A DNA stretch of 64,000 bases from Octopus sinensis (Eukaryota): assembly GCF_006345805.1 (NCBI RefSeq), contig NC_043007.1, forward strand, positions 72,788,001 through 72,852,000. The letters run 5' to 3'. Below the pieces are notes generated by a model, which was not told the DNA's origin, did no database searches, and was given only the letters and a program-made list of their open reading frames with translations. Position numbers and translations under genes: made by a program. The first letter of the stretch is position 1. Each line of letters starts with the position of its first letter. This document shows positions 26,310 to 39,097 of this stretch, one piece after another.

Positions 26310-26775
26310 GCAGGTTATGTATTGAGCATTCTGCGTAAGATGTCTGGGGCATGGATACATTGAAACTCTGACGTCTGGCAGCTGACTTGGCAGACACCCA
26401 TAAAATTATTAACCATCTTACAAACAATAACTCTGAGCACCTTTTCAAACTTCACCTGTCTAACACCCATGGACATGTTTACAAAGTCAGAAAACAGCAC
26501 AGCTCCCATGACTTTCGGAAACATTTTTTCACGCTAAGAGTTGCTGAAGCATGGAACAAACTGCTGGCATCAGTTGTTTGTTGTCAGAGCATGGCATCCT
26601 TCAAAACTTCCATGTTTCCTGAGATTCGCCAACACTACGCCTGATTTTCTCCACTCTATACACACGCAAGCATGTATCTGACTCATACACTATTCACTTC
26701 CCAGACATTTGTACATTAAGGCACATGCTTTATACGCACTTTTGACAAGTTGTGGTGCACCTGAGCACTGTAATC
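26310..26775 (+). mobile_element. CR1-clade LINE 3' end
   Basis: HGHVYKVRKQHSSHDFRKHFFTLRVAEAWNKL..FK, a typical CR1 ORF2 C-terminus; second copy at 40740-41070. Confidence 0.85.
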
Positions 26776-27869
26776 AGCAACGCAGCTTGAGGGTAGGTGG
26801 GTGGATATAGGTTCTGTGGGAGTTTCAGAATAATGTAGTTTGTATGATGGTGGCAATCATGAGTAAGGTGCTTAATGGACTTATGAGGAATAAGATAGAG
26901 TATTAGTAATGGGAAGAATTAGGGGTGATGGGTAGCTAGTCAGTTCAGCCAGTTAGGTGGTGGACAGCTAGCTTCTTGAGAGAAGGAGCTAATAGTGGTA
27001 CAAAAAAAACAAAAACAAGGCAGTCATAATTTGAAAAGAGACAAGCATTTGAAGATTAATGATAAATGAAGGGTTGGTTTCTGATGTGGATATATTTCTC
27101 TGCTGTCTTAAATGTGGGTCTTTAGGGGTGAGAATACTGTCCTTGATTTGGATGCAGTAATTTAGTTTAAAATAAATTTGTACTTTTCATAGAGGTTAGC
27201 AGCTGGTTAGAGAGTAAATATTTGAAATGGTAACTGAATAATAATTATCTTTTGTCAATGAAATGGAACTAAAAGATCTGATTGGATCAATAACTTTAAT
27301 TTGGCATAGACATCCACTAAGAGATAAAGATTAGTGTTATTAAACCAGGGTAAGTGAAACAAAAGGATGTAGTTATAAGTATTCTCTAATATTATCAACT
27401 AAGCATAGTTAAAAATCTAGTAATCTTTTATTTCAAATCACACCTGGTAAAATAAAATCAACATTGTAATTTACTTACATAATAATATATATTTGAATTT
27501 ATATATCTAGATATCCAAGGAACCTCTGCACTTGTAAATTCATCTGATCAATTCTGCTGAATTTCCTGGTATCATTTTAGTTATTAAACAGTAAAAAAAT
27601 TCACAAAACTGACATCATCGAAACCCATCATTTTCGAAGATAAACCTTGAAAGGTATTTGACAGTCTAGTTTAGTTATTTGTGTGTAATTAATATTTATC
27701 GCTAGTTTACTACTCAATCCTAAATATTATTTTGCAGTTAACTAGTTATAATTAAGAATTACTATGACCACTGCGAAGATGTTTAGTTCAAGTGAATTAC
27801 GTGTGTGTGAGAGAGAGTTGTGAGTTAACAATGATAGTGGATTATTGAAGTCATTGAATTTCATTGGGC

Positions 27870-28660
27870 CTTTCTCTCAGAATGAAAGGCAGACTGTATG
27901 ATGCCTGTGTGCGAACAGCCATACTCCACACCAGTGAAAAGAAATGAAGCCAGTATGCTTCACTGGATGTGCAATGTCAGTGTGCCCATATGACAGCGTA
28001 AATGTCTTGAGAAAAAAACTGGGCATAAGAGGCATCAGATGTGGTGTGCAAGATTGACGAATGTGCTGGTATGGTCATGTGATGTGTATGGACAAAAACA
28101 GCTGTGTAAAGAAGTGTTGATCTCTAACTGTGGATGGAACCTGTGGAAGAGGTAGACCCAGGAAGACCTGGAACAAGGTAGTGAAGCATGATCTTCGAAT
28201 GTTGGGCCTAATGGAGGTGATGACAAATGTCTGAGACCTTTAGTGATATGCTAAGGCGGCGAGCTGGCAGAAACGTTAGCACCCCGGGCGAAATGCGTAG
28301 CCATATTTCGTCTGCCGTTACGTTCTGAGTTCAAATTCCACCGAGGTCGACTTTGCCTTTCATCCTTTCGGGGTTGATTAAATAAGTACCAGTTACACAC
28401 TGGGGTCGATATAATCTACTTTATCCGTTTGTCCTCTCTGTGTTTAGCCCCTTGTGGGTAGTAAAGAAATAGATATGCTGTGCTTGAGAAGACTTGTCAA
28501 ACTAAGTGAAATCGTAGTTGTGGCCATTGCTAGTATCATGTAAATGAGACTTATGAAATTGTAGTTATGGCTATTGTTGGTGTCATGTAAATGGCACCTG
28601 TGCCAGTGGCATGTAAATACCCATTGCACTCTTGTAGTGGTTGGCATTAGGAAGGGCATC
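27870..28660 (+). mobile_element. RTE LINE 3' fragment carrying a nested SINE
   Basis: RTE sequence 'gatatgctgtgcttgagaagac' is split by the SINE at 28253-28471. Confidence 0.75.
28253..28471 (+). mobile_element. SINE family B, full length, with target-site duplication
   Basis: Head 'aaggcggcgagctggcagaaacgttag...gagttcaaattcc'; flanking direct repeat GATATGCT at 28245-28252 and 28472-28479. Confidence 0.9.
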
Positions 28661-28664
28661 TAGC

Positions 28665-29906
28665 CATGAGTAGGTACCCAAAAGTAACCAGCAATGTTCT
28701 CTGTGGGACAAGACCATTGTAGTTCAGGCTTCTGCCACTAGAAGCCACTTGGTGTGACCCTCAGGTATCAGTCTACGAACCGGCATTAACATGTTTGACA
28801 GTGCTTCTCCCCTGCTCATTGATTTTTGTGATGGTTGGAAAGAACAGTGTGCTTCTGTGAAATTCTGTTTTCTACTGGGGAAAACGGTGGCTGAAACAGT
28901 TGCCATGCTTCCAACAGCTTATAAAGATGCTGCCATGAGCAAAACACAAGTTTATGAGTTTATGAGTGGTTTTCATGCTTTAGGAATTGTCAATTGAAGA
29001 CCAACCTTGTTCAGGGCAATCGTCGACTTCCTCAATGAACGAAAACATCACGAAGATTCATGAACTGATCAGGGAGGACTGTCGCTGAACAATTGACAAA
29101 CTTATTGATATGACTTGGAGCACCTACCAGCGAATTTTGAGTGAGGAATTGCAAATAAAATGAGTTACAGCAACATTTGTATTTCACTTGCTCACAGAAG
29201 ATCAAAAGCAATCATGGTTAAATGCATGTCATGAACTGAAAGAACAGTTGGAAGTTGATCTGAACCTTTTTTGAGGGTATCACTAGTGACAAAAGCTGGT
29301 GCTACCCAGAAACATAGCAGCAATCAAGTCAATGGAAGCATTCAAGGTCACCACACCCCTAAAATGTGTGTCAAGTGAAGCCCAATGTCAAGAGAATGTT
29401 GATTTATTTTATTGATGCAAAAGGAATTGTCCACACAGAATCTGTTCCTCCTAGTCAAACTGCTAACCAGACATTTTACTTGGCAGTTCTGAAGCATTTG
29501 TAAGACGCAGTGAGATGAAAACACTGACCAGTGGCAACGTGGGGAGTAATGGTTTCATCATGACAATGCACTTGTGCACACCCCTTTGAGTGTGAGATAG
29601 TTTTTGACCAAAAATTGCATAAACCTGCTTACCCACACTCCCTATTCACCTGATCTAATATTGCTTGCTATAACTTTCTTTTGCTCCCCTGAATGAAAAA
29701 AGTTCTTAAAGGAAAACATTTTGCAGATGTGGAAGAAGTGAATGCAAAAGCAACGGAGGCGTTAAAAGGCAGGGGAAAATGCTTCTGGACCAAGGCATTG
29801 CTTCAAATGGAGAAAACTTTGAAGGTGATAAAAGTGTAAACATGTAAATCTAAGTGAATAAAATAATATTGCAAAATTCTGGCCTCTTTTGGGTACCCCT
29901 CATGTA
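28665..29906 (+). mobile_element. Decayed full-length mariner element with TIRs
   Basis: TIRs 'catgagtaggtacccaaaag' / 'ttttgggtacccctcatg(ta)'; N-terminal QCASVKFCFLLGKTVAET..SKTQVYE, ITSDKSWCY, HHDNA, PYSPDL. Confidence 0.88.
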
Positions 29907-29977
29907 TGTGTGTGTGTCTGTGTATATATATGTATATATATATATATATATTTACATATACATATATATATATATAT

Positions 29978-30275
29978 ATCACCGTGACCAACCAGGCTAT
30001 CAGTTGTTGTTACACATCGCTGGTCACAATGCGCTTCGCATTGTTTTAGCCTTCAAATGACGCCACACCGCTGGCTAAGCGAGCAGGCCAACAGAAGAAA
30101 GAGTGAGAGAAAGTTGTGGTAAAAGAGTACAGCAGGGATCGCCACAACCCCTGCCGGAGCCTTGTGGAGTTTTAGGTATTTTCGCTCAATAAACACTCAC
30201 AACGCCCAGTCTGGGAATTGAAACCGCAACCCTACGACTGCGAGTCCGCTGCCCTAACCACTAGGCCATTGCGCC
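29978..30275 (-). mobile_element. tRNA-derived SINE family C, full length
   Basis: Minus strand 'ggcgcaatggcctagtggttagggcagcggactcgc...ggtttcaattcccagact' has A- and B-box-like motifs and a tRNA-like head. Confidence 0.85.
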
Positions 30276-30279
30276 TACA

Positions 30280-30375
<96 letters not shown>

Positions 30376-30427
30376 CCCGCACGCACGCACGCACGCACGC
30401 ACGCCGCACGCACGCACGCACGCACCA

Positions 30428-30459
<32 letters not shown>

Positions 30460-30495
30460 CACGCACGCACGCACGCACGCACGCACACACACACC

Positions 30496-30536
<41 letters not shown>

Positions 30537-30686
30537 ACATACATATATATATATACATACATATATATATATATACATACATATATATATATATACATAC
30601 ATATATATATATATATACATACATATATATATATACATACATATATATATATATATACATACATATATATATATATATACATACAT

Positions 30687-30718
<32 letters not shown>

Positions 30719-30746
30719 CATACATATATATATATATATACATACA

Positions 30747-30780
<34 letters not shown>

Positions 30781-30790
30781 CACACACACA
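30276..30790. repeat. Compound microsatellite (GCAC)n + (TA)n/(TACA)n
   Basis: Directly visible simple repeats. Confidence 0.98.
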
Positions 30791-31861
30791 AACTAAAACA
30801 TCATGAAGATTCATGAACTGATTTGGAGGACTGTTGCTGAACAGTTGACAAACTTGTTGATATGACTGGTGTCTTGTGCTCCTGCCAGCAAATTTTGAGT
30901 GAGGAATTCCTTTAATTTTTTTCCTCTCTCCTTTGCCTTTCTCTGTCTGTCACTACCTCTCCCTCCTTTGCTCTCTCATAGCTCCCATGTGACCATCGGC
31001 CATCTTTCTTTCTTTCCTTCTGATTCAACTGGATGAATCAGATGCATTCTTATCTGTCTGATGTCCAAGCTTGCTTCTCTGCATTCGCCACCTCATCTTG
31101 TTTAGGATTAGCAGTCCTTCCTGTTTGTTTTCACTGTCCTGTTCTTGTTACCAATTTTGACCCTCTGCAAAATCCCAAATTTTAAAAATTGCTTTGCAGG
31201 AGCAACTGTTTTATCAAAGGCATATTTTGTCATGAACTGCTTGAAATACAGATCAGCCAACAACTGATGAAGGGTCGTTCATTGTGTTTCTTTCGTTGTT
31301 TGCAAAAAAAAAAATAGTTCATATTCCATGTATTCATATTTCATATCTTCGTATTTTATGTTGTTTACGTTCTGTGATGTCCTGTGCCCACATATGCATA
31401 TGTATGTAAGTATGTACAGATACTTCGATCTTGTAAGGATGGACTTGGTGCTAACTTAACTGTATCTATTTTTTATTATATTTTTTTTTTATTATTATTA
31501 TTATTATTATAATTATTATTATTATTAATAGTAATTTTTATTAACTTTTATAGCTTTAGAATCTTATGAACTGTACCACGGATTTAATTATTATTTTTCA
31601 TCTCCATATATGTTAGCCTTTTTTTATATATATATAAAAAAAACTATGCCAAATATGTATAATATCGGTACTTATTGATATTAATATATACACTATATAT
31701 ATTTGTTTTATTTTGTTCTGTTTACCTTCCTTTTTTGTACAAATGTGTATTATATATATAAGTGTAGCTTTATGATGTATAATTTTATATTTTACATTTT
31801 ATATTTTATATTTATATGTATATGATTGTATAATATTTTTCACTATTATAACAAATTTAAT

Positions 31862-31980
31862 TTAATTCTCTGAAGAGGCCGTGGGGCATCCTTGTTAATG
31901 CCTCATTTATACTGCCTTTATGGCTTATAGGTTAAATGAGGTTGACTGTCTCACTGCCGAAACAGCTGTCAGTTTGATTT
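31862..31980 (+). ncRNA. Minimal type-I hammerhead ribozyme-like motif (Penelope pLTR type)
   Basis: CTGAAGA (31870-31876); stem II ggccgtggggca/tgtctcactgcc with inner cctcattta/taaatgagg; GAAA (31959-31962); C-AGCT-G stem III; UC cleavage site at 31969-31970; stem I is weak. Confidence 0.6.
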
Positions 31981-32640
31981 ATTTGCATATTATATTTGAA
32001 AATTTTTTACTTATATCTCTTTATCTTGTTACTATTACTGTATATCATTTCATTTTATGTATGCCTTTACTCATATGTAATGGTGTATTAAGTATGGATT
32101 GATATCATCGGTAGTTGATGATGATTTAAGTCATATCTGCTCTAATTTTGTAGTATTAATTTACGGTAATATTATTACTTACCCATATAATGCAAAAGAT
32201 GACTGATTGTTTGACAATTTTTAACATCTATGTATTAATTTTGTTGGGTACCTATCTAGCAGTATATTGGATATATATATCCATGGTGGGTTGAATTTTC
32301 AACCCCTATCTCATTTTATAACCTATATATGAATATATATATTATTTGTATTATTGTATGATTGAATGCCATACATCCATTTCCAAGTAAGTTTTGTCAT
32401 CGTCATATATATATTTATATATATATATATATATATATATCATCATCATCGTTTAACGTCTGTTTTCCGCGCTAGCACGGGTTGGACGGTTCGACCGGTG
32501 TCTGGGAAGCCAGGGGCTGCACCAGGCTCCAGTCTGATCTGGCAGAGTTTCTACAGCTGGATGCCCTTCCTAACGCCAACCACTCCGCGAGTGTAGTGGG
32601 TGCTTTTTACATGTCACCTGCACAGGAAAAAAGTAAATGG

Positions 32641-32746
32641 AATGCTTACAGCACCTAGGTTTCCCAAGCGGTCACCCATCTAGGTACTAACTAGGCTCAA
32701 TGTTGCTTAACTTCGGTGATCGGACGAGAACCGGTGCTTTCAATGT
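32641..32746 (-). rRNA. RNA5S: 5S rRNA pseudogene, 5'-truncated
   Basis: Minus strand reads ACATTGAAAGCACCGGTTCTCGTCCGATCACCGAAGTTAAGCAACATTGAGCCTAGTTAGTACCTAGATGGGTGACCGCTTGGGAAACCTAGGTGCTGTAAGCATT; about the first 15 nt are missing; T6 tract just downstream. Confidence 0.92.
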
Positions 32747-33385
32747 TTCATTGGTACTTAATTTATCAACCCTAAAAGGGTGAGAGACAAAGTCGATCTC
32801 GACGGAATTTGAACTCAACACATAGCAACAGGCGAAATACTGCTAAGCATTTCACCCAGCGTGCTAATGATTCTGCCAGATCACCACCTAATAATATTAA
32901 TAATAATAATAATAATAATATAATAATAATCCTTTCAACTAGAGGCACAAAGGTTAAATTTTTGGGTGAGCGGGGTGCTAGTTGATTGCGTTGACCCTAG
33001 TGGTTAACTGGTACTTATTTCACCAATCCTGAAATGATAAAAAGCTAAGTTAACTGTAGTTGAATTTGAACTCAGATTGTAAAGGCGGACAAAATGCTGC
33101 TATGTATTTCATACAATGTGCTACTGATTATGCCAGTTGACTACCTTAATAAAAATTCTAATATCAATTATCATTTCTCATATTGGAACAAGGCCAGCAA
33201 TTTTGATGGGAGAGCATTAGCTGATTACAGTGACCCCAGTGCTCAACCGGTAGTTAATTTTTCAACCCTGGAAAGGATGAAAAGCAAAGTCAACCTTAGT
33301 GGAATTTGAACTCAGAATGCAAAACCAGAAATGCCACAATGCATTCTATCCAGCTTTGCTAACAATTCTACCAGCTCACCACCTT
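32747..33385 (-). mobile_element. Cluster of three degenerate family-B SINEs (~32747-32890, 32940-33150, 33190-33385)
   Basis: Each contains 'ggaatttgaactcag' or similar (reverse B box) and 'ctggtacttattt'. Confidence 0.7.
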
Positions 33386-33812
33386 AATAATAATAAAGTT
33401 AGATATATTTATCCAGGTAATATAAGTAATGATAAAAACCATAAAAAAAAAATGTATAAAGAAAATGAACTGGCATTTAATTTTTTTTATTTATTTCATT
33501 TTAAGATCAAAGAGAAATACGGAGTTTTGTTAGATTAACACTAAGACTACTACTACAACTACTACTAATGTCTACTAATATAAGGACGACGACCACCACC
33601 ACCGTTACTGCTGTGCAAGACATTTAAGATCAGTTGCTAGGAAATTAACTTGGTTATTTACACAAATATAATAAAAAGTGTCGGTAGGTGGTGGCCACCC
33701 TGACAAACAGGAGTTTATAGGAAAAAAATCTTTTTTGAATAAAACAAAAACCAAAAAAAAAGATCAAGATTCCTTAACTTAAAGCTGATTTATTTTATTA
33801 TTTTTATTATGA

Positions 33813-33853
<41 letters not shown>

Positions 33854-35500
33854 GCTATCAAAGAGTTTTTGAAGCTTCTTTTCCTCCCCTCAATCTAAAT
33901 ACAAAACTTGGTGCATGCAGAAAAAGCATTTCAAAATGTCATCAGATTTCACAATAGAAAGCTAAGTTAGAAGCAAAATGGGTGAGAGAGATGAAGGTGA
34001 AAACCTGGGGGTGGGGTTTAGAGTCAACACCTACGTCTCTCACCTATGAAACTACCATAATAGTACCCAGTATACAGTATGCTACTCAAACAGGGTACTT
34101 TTCCCTTGGCCATGTTGCTTTATATTCGCAATCAGTGATTATTACATTCAGCCTATTTCTCTCTAAAGGTGCAAGTAAAGCATGGCTGTGTGGTTAAGAG
34201 AGTTCGCTCTGCAATCTCATGATGATTTTGGGTTCAGTTTTACTGCACAGTAACTGGGCTGGCCAACACTTTGTGAATGAATTTGGTAGAGGAAAACCAT
34301 AGGAAACCCATTGCATATGTATGTATGTATGCATGTATGTGTGTATATGTACACTTATTTGTGTGTGTGTGTATGTGCACGTGCGCCTGTGTGTGTGTGC
34401 GCGCACCTCTGTGAGTGTGCATGTGTATGCCTATGTGTGCGCATGTGCCTATGTGTGTGTGTGTGTGTGTAAGTATTTGCCACTAAGTGTTGTGCCTGGG
34501 CACACGTTTTCCTATGCTTGTGCTTGCCTGAGTTTCTGTGTCTGCTTACGCAATGTATTGCCACCCTTCCAGCTGTCTCAGAGTCAGGACGCAAACTTTT
34601 ACAAAACACAGATTAATTTCTCAAGTGCCACAAAGATTACTAACAATTTGCAACCTGTCATTTGGCTCCCACATCAGACATTCAGTATATCAAACAAACT
34701 GACACCCACCCTCACCAACACACACACTTCATCAACATTTAACCCTTTAGCATATAAACTGGCCATATCCAGCCAAGATATTCTATTTGTTTTATTGTTC
34801 AAACAGGTCTGATTGAGCCTCTCACACCTACCCTACAACATCACCCTAAAAATAATGATCTCATCATCAGAATCTCAAAGCTATGAGGAATAATGTATGA
34901 TTAATTCAAAACAACCTGATTAAATGAGCATAATATTTCAGAGTAATTTGACTGCTGAAGGGTTAACATCCACTTTTCCATGTTTGCATGGGTTAGATGG
35001 AGTTTACTGAAGCAGACTTTCTACAGCCAGATGCCCTCCTGTCACCCAGAATCACCCATTTCCAAGCAAGTAATATTTCCCCATGGCCAGACAGATTCTT
35101 CTTCTAAACAACCCAAACTTGTTTCCAAGTAAGGTAATAATCTTGACAAACAGCCCAAAATGGCCCTCATGGTGGACTGCAAGCAAAAGACACATTAACA
35201 TTGTTTGTACTTTTAAAAATTCAGCCCCAAATTAAGTTTTTTTTTTGTTTCATAGATATTCAACTGAATTTATTATTACAGAAATTTCATACAAAATATT
35301 CAAATATGCAGACCAGTCTACAATACATATATGTATATGAGACACACCCATACCCAGACATATACACATATAAATATATAACATATACAAGTATATAAAA
35401 ATGTATATACTAACCAAGTTCATAAAGCTTGTTATTGTGTGAAATCAATGTAATAAAGTGATGGACCACTGCTTGGTCACGTGGAGGGGCCTGAGTTTGC

Positions 35501-35536
<36 letters not shown>

Positions 35537-35545
35537 CTGTTGTGC

Positions 35546-35792
35546 CTGGGGAGAGTCATTCTCTTTTGGTGCCATATAAAGAAGTGGAAATTTTACCAGT
35601 GAGTATGTTTTAACACACTCACCGGTAAAATTTCCACTTCTTTTTTATTTTTCTAAAATTTTCGTTTTGTCTTGCAACCTTTTCAATAGTCATTGACTCT
35701 GTCTGTTACTCCTTTACAAAAAGAAATAAGTGGAAATTTTACTGGTGAGTGTGTTAAATTATAAGGCACCAAAAGAGAATGACTCTCCCCAG
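35546..35792. mobile_element. Palindromic MITE-like element with nested inverted repeats
   Basis: Outer 'ctggggagagtcattctcttttggtgcc' / 'ggcaccaaaagagaatgactctccccag'; inner hairpin 'aagaagtggaaattttaccagtgag...ctcaccggtaaaatttccacttctt'. Confidence 0.85.
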
Positions 35793-37391
35793 AGACACAC
35801 AAACTCAAATAAAGAATCTTGCAAACCAAATCCAAAAATGAAATATATATATAATGGTCTATCAAATGAAAGGCACCGAAATTAAAATCATTAATGAGAT
35901 ATCCATATGTTGTTTATCCAAACACGTTTACAACAATTGGGACTCTAAAGGCCGAAGGATCTGTTGGTTCTATTTCAATTTCACAGGTCAATTAAATACT
36001 GTTAAAAACAAGTTCTTAATATTACGAAGTAGGAATGCTAAGCAGTGATATGTATAAATGCAATGTTATTAGCAATTCAAATATGTTTATGGTATGTTTG
36101 GACTAATAAACAAGCCATTCATTGTGTTGACATTCCCGTTGTTGACAATGTTGTAAACACACCTAGATCTGTTTGCAGCACCCCATTTCCATCGTCATCA
36201 ACGAGAAAGTTTCTTTTCTCCATGACTAAACACAGTGAAGTTCTTAATGTTTCTACAAGAGATCTAAATGGCTAGTCACTTATTGACATCATCAATTCTT
36301 GACAGAGTCCTGTTGTTTGTAGTTATTTCCACAACTGAACACAGTGATTTTGGTTTCAATTTCTAAACAGTGAGTTGGTGTTTAGGACTCTACTAACATT
36401 AATGAGCTTACATTAACAAGCTCATAATTACTTCCTCCCACATAATTACATGCCATCTCAAACTATGTATTTAATATGAAAGCACCAGATATTCAGGCCC
36501 CCTCTACTCACTAGCAACATTTATATATTTTTTTTTACCTTAAATCTATACTAAACTAGGATGTCTGTACAGAACATTAAAAAACTTTTGTGCATTACAC
36601 AAAACATTTTAATGGTTTTCACTAGACATGTAAGAGATAAAAGAACAATGCTTATAAAGGGCTGAACATGCTGGGTCAGTCCCTGACTTTACATTCAGTC
36701 AGAGTAAGGCAATTTCAACAGTAGTTTACAGTAATGTATACAATAAATCATAAACTGTGCCAGCTCAGCTTGGTTTCACAATTCACACTCAAACATAAGA
36801 TCTTTCTTTTTCTATCTGGTTTGCAAGATTCTTTATGTGAGTTCGTGTGTTGAAACAGATTTTGTTATGTCTAAGGAGAGTCATCATGCCAATATAATTA
36901 ACAAACAAAACAATCAGATATTGAACCAGTGTGTGTGTTAATTACATTAGCATGATGACTCCACCTAGACACAACAAAATAAGATACTTACTTTATAATA
37001 AATGATTGAAAACAATGCTTTTGGAATTGTGGCATAGTTATATGTCCTAATCTATTATTTTTGCCTCTGTAAACATCAAAGCATCGTCAAAAACTGGTAC
37101 CAATAATCCAAAAATGAAATTACAACACCATCTTTAAAATATTGAATCGTCTATATTGTGGAAACAAACAGAAAACACTTAAAAATCGAAATAACTGCAG
37201 CATTGATGGCTGCATTTGCTTAAATTTTGTGCTGGGTTATAATTTAAGCATAATGAATTGAAGCTAAGTTCTACTGAACTAATTTAACAATATTTTTGTT
37301 TATTTAAGTTTAATTGACATTTAAAAAAATTATTTGCAATTCATTCTTTGACTTGTATTTTATTTTTTTGTTTTTGGTTCATCATCTACAG

Positions 37392-37538
37392 TGCCATCAC
37401 CAACAAATGTGACTACAGCTAAGATGAGTTTTACAACAACAGAAACTAACAGCCCTTTTAAATTCACCGTATTCCTTGCTATTATTGGTGTTGTGATCAG
37501 TCTGCTACTTTTGGTTCTTAGTTTTTACTGTTACAAAC
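37392..37538 (+). CDS. Gene A Ser/Thr-rich stalk + transmembrane exon: PSPTNVTTAKMSFTTTETNSPFKFTVFLAIIGVVISLLLLVLSFYCYK
   Basis: ctacag acceptor, gtgagt donor, phase 1-1; ~22-aa hydrophobic stretch followed by basic residues (type I TM). Confidence 0.88.
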
Positions 37539-38366
37539 GTGAGTACACAATCTTTGTTCAGACTTATGTGCAAGCAGGATCATTGAATGATGCTTGGTTG
37601 GTGAATGTTGAGGAAGAAAGTGTAGTGTGATCTTTGTAAGAGTGGGAATTTGTTAGAAATGATGAGTCATTGGTAAAAGGAAAGAAAAGAGTGAAAGACA
37701 AAAGTGGTTTGTGGGCCACAACTGAATTGATAGCATGAAGGAAGGAGCTCTGTCAACACATGCCAATATAGTGCAATCTAATGGGAAGCTACTGAGCCAA
37801 AACATAAAAGACAAGTGGAAACGATAAAAGGAAAAATTTCAAAAAAAAAGAAAAGATTCACATGCCAGACTCAGTTAAAAGCTTTATTGATTTTGACATC
37901 ATTCACCAAATTTCTCCAAGACAAGAACCAAATTAGTAATGGGTGAGAAAGGAAAGTAAGTTACTAGTGCATCTGGCTTTACGGAATCCAGGAAACCATA
38001 TTAGTGGTCATTAAGGAAAAAGGAGGTTCAAGATCTTGGAGGATATTGTTGCTGAAAGCTGCATTGATTTTGTTAGAGATGTTATAGGTGGGTGTGCTCC
38101 AAAAATTAGTTTGCTGGGTCAGAGAGGTCACTTTTTATGGAAATGGGATACACTTTAACATGTTTCCAAAGATCAGGATAGATCTCGATAGAGAGGGAGA
38201 GAATCTATTGTTATTCTCACTAGTAACTATAAATTCCATCGATGGAAGAAATAGAAACCTCCAAATACATTTCACAAAGTGATAGTGGTTAATTGAAAAG
38301 GAAATTACAAATAGGTAGAAGCTGACATGTGCACACACATATGTGTGTGTGAGTGTGCATGCATGA

Positions 38367-38435
<69 letters not shown>

Positions 38436-39047
38436 ATCTCACATACACTTAAATTATATTCTGTTATAAAAAAGAATACATTCAATAGTCTGGCCCTAGG
38501 CACCCTGGGCCTGAAAAACTATTGGAATGGTGATGATTGGAATGTCTTTGACTGTAGGTCTAATTTATCACAGCTATCTTACTACTAAACCACAACATTC
38601 TACACCTTTACTAAGGTATACAACTTACTGGCTGATTGGCTACATTAGTGGCTGACTTATACCAGGTGTTGGTAAACAGTCTGGGATGCAGACTAGATTG
38701 GAAATGTTTTTATGTTTTGCAGGCTGTGGGGCATTAAAATGAAACAATGACCATACAGGGCTATAGAAATAGCTTCCTATTTTAATTAATATTTTTCTCT
38801 ATATAAGTCATTAACATAGAATAAAATAAATATTTTCCACTGATGACATAGGGAATAATGAAAAGAACAATTATTTCTTAATACCATAATATCTTTAATT
38901 TTTTCCTTGTTTCAATCATTGGACTTTTTCTAAAGCCTTGTACTTATTCTATCAGTCACTTTTGCTGAAGTGCCAAGTTACAAGGACATAAACAAACCAA
39001 CACCAGTTGTCAAGTAGTGTGTGGGGACACAAACAAACACACACACA

Positions 39048-39097
<50 letters not shown>

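Noticed and set aside
29978-30275. Functional tRNA gene
   Set aside because: The tRNA-like head continues into a ~220-bp SINE body and a simple-repeat tail; no complete cloverleaf
30218-30796. Long ORFs (HART/YI repeats) in the ORF track
   Set aside because: Artefacts of (GCAC)n and (TA)n microsatellites
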